A DNA stretch of 44,662 nt from Leptospirales bacterium (GTDB lineage Bacteria > Spirochaetota > Leptospiria > Turneriellales > JAOUFE01). Below, piece after piece: positions 44,650 through 44,662 of this stretch. Within the stretch, counting starts at the first letter, position 1, and every line of letters starts with the position of its first letter. The stretch covers positions 1 to 44,662 of the forward strand of contig JBEQLE010000028.1 of the NCBI GenBank assembly GCA_040326155.1, in the 5' to 3' direction. The notes below the pieces were generated by a model. It did not search any database. It was not told where the DNA came from and saw nothing but the letters and a program-made list of their open reading frames with translations. Both the position numbers and the translations under genes were made by a program.

Positions 44650-44662
44650 GTTTCTAAATTTC

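Overview
A bacterial chromosomal segment, most consistent with a Leptospirales-like spirochaete. This is an inference from spirochaete-type lipoprotein signals, the yajC-[extra gene]-secD-secF order and a COG1031-type radical SAM gene. Core blocks are rpsL-rpsG-fusA (terminated, no tuf), a minus-strand etfB-etfA-thiolase-K+ channel-tgt-ccmI-like-ORF-ccmA-ccmB run, and yajC-X-secD-secF-Ca/Na antiporter-DUF151 nuclease-radical SAM. Accessory genes lie between them: large beta-propeller and repeat surface proteins (DUF4382/FN3/Kelch, FG-GAP, BNR-like), a SET-domain protein, an ankyrin protein and an orphan DUF4157 (eCIS-associated) protein with an AT-rich C-terminus. Reading between the supplied ORFs shows short remnants of antitoxin and mobile-element genes (HigA/ImmA-type at 12.8-13.0 kb, a frameshifted small gene at 24.5 kb, a TIGR02574-type antitoxin at 40.8 kb), one attC-like site, dispersed palindromic elements, a 66-bp direct repeat bracketing 2.5 kb, and a near-consensus sigma-28 promoter in front of remA. 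No tRNA, rRNA, CRISPR array, integrase or transposase was seen. No single novel system is proven. The best leads are the DUF4157 toxin-like locus, the coupled DUF151 nuclease/CX5CX2C radical SAM pair, the extra gene inside the Sec operon, sigma-28-driven RemA, and the palindrome/attC/gene-remnant pattern. All family calls come from motif recognition, not from database searches.
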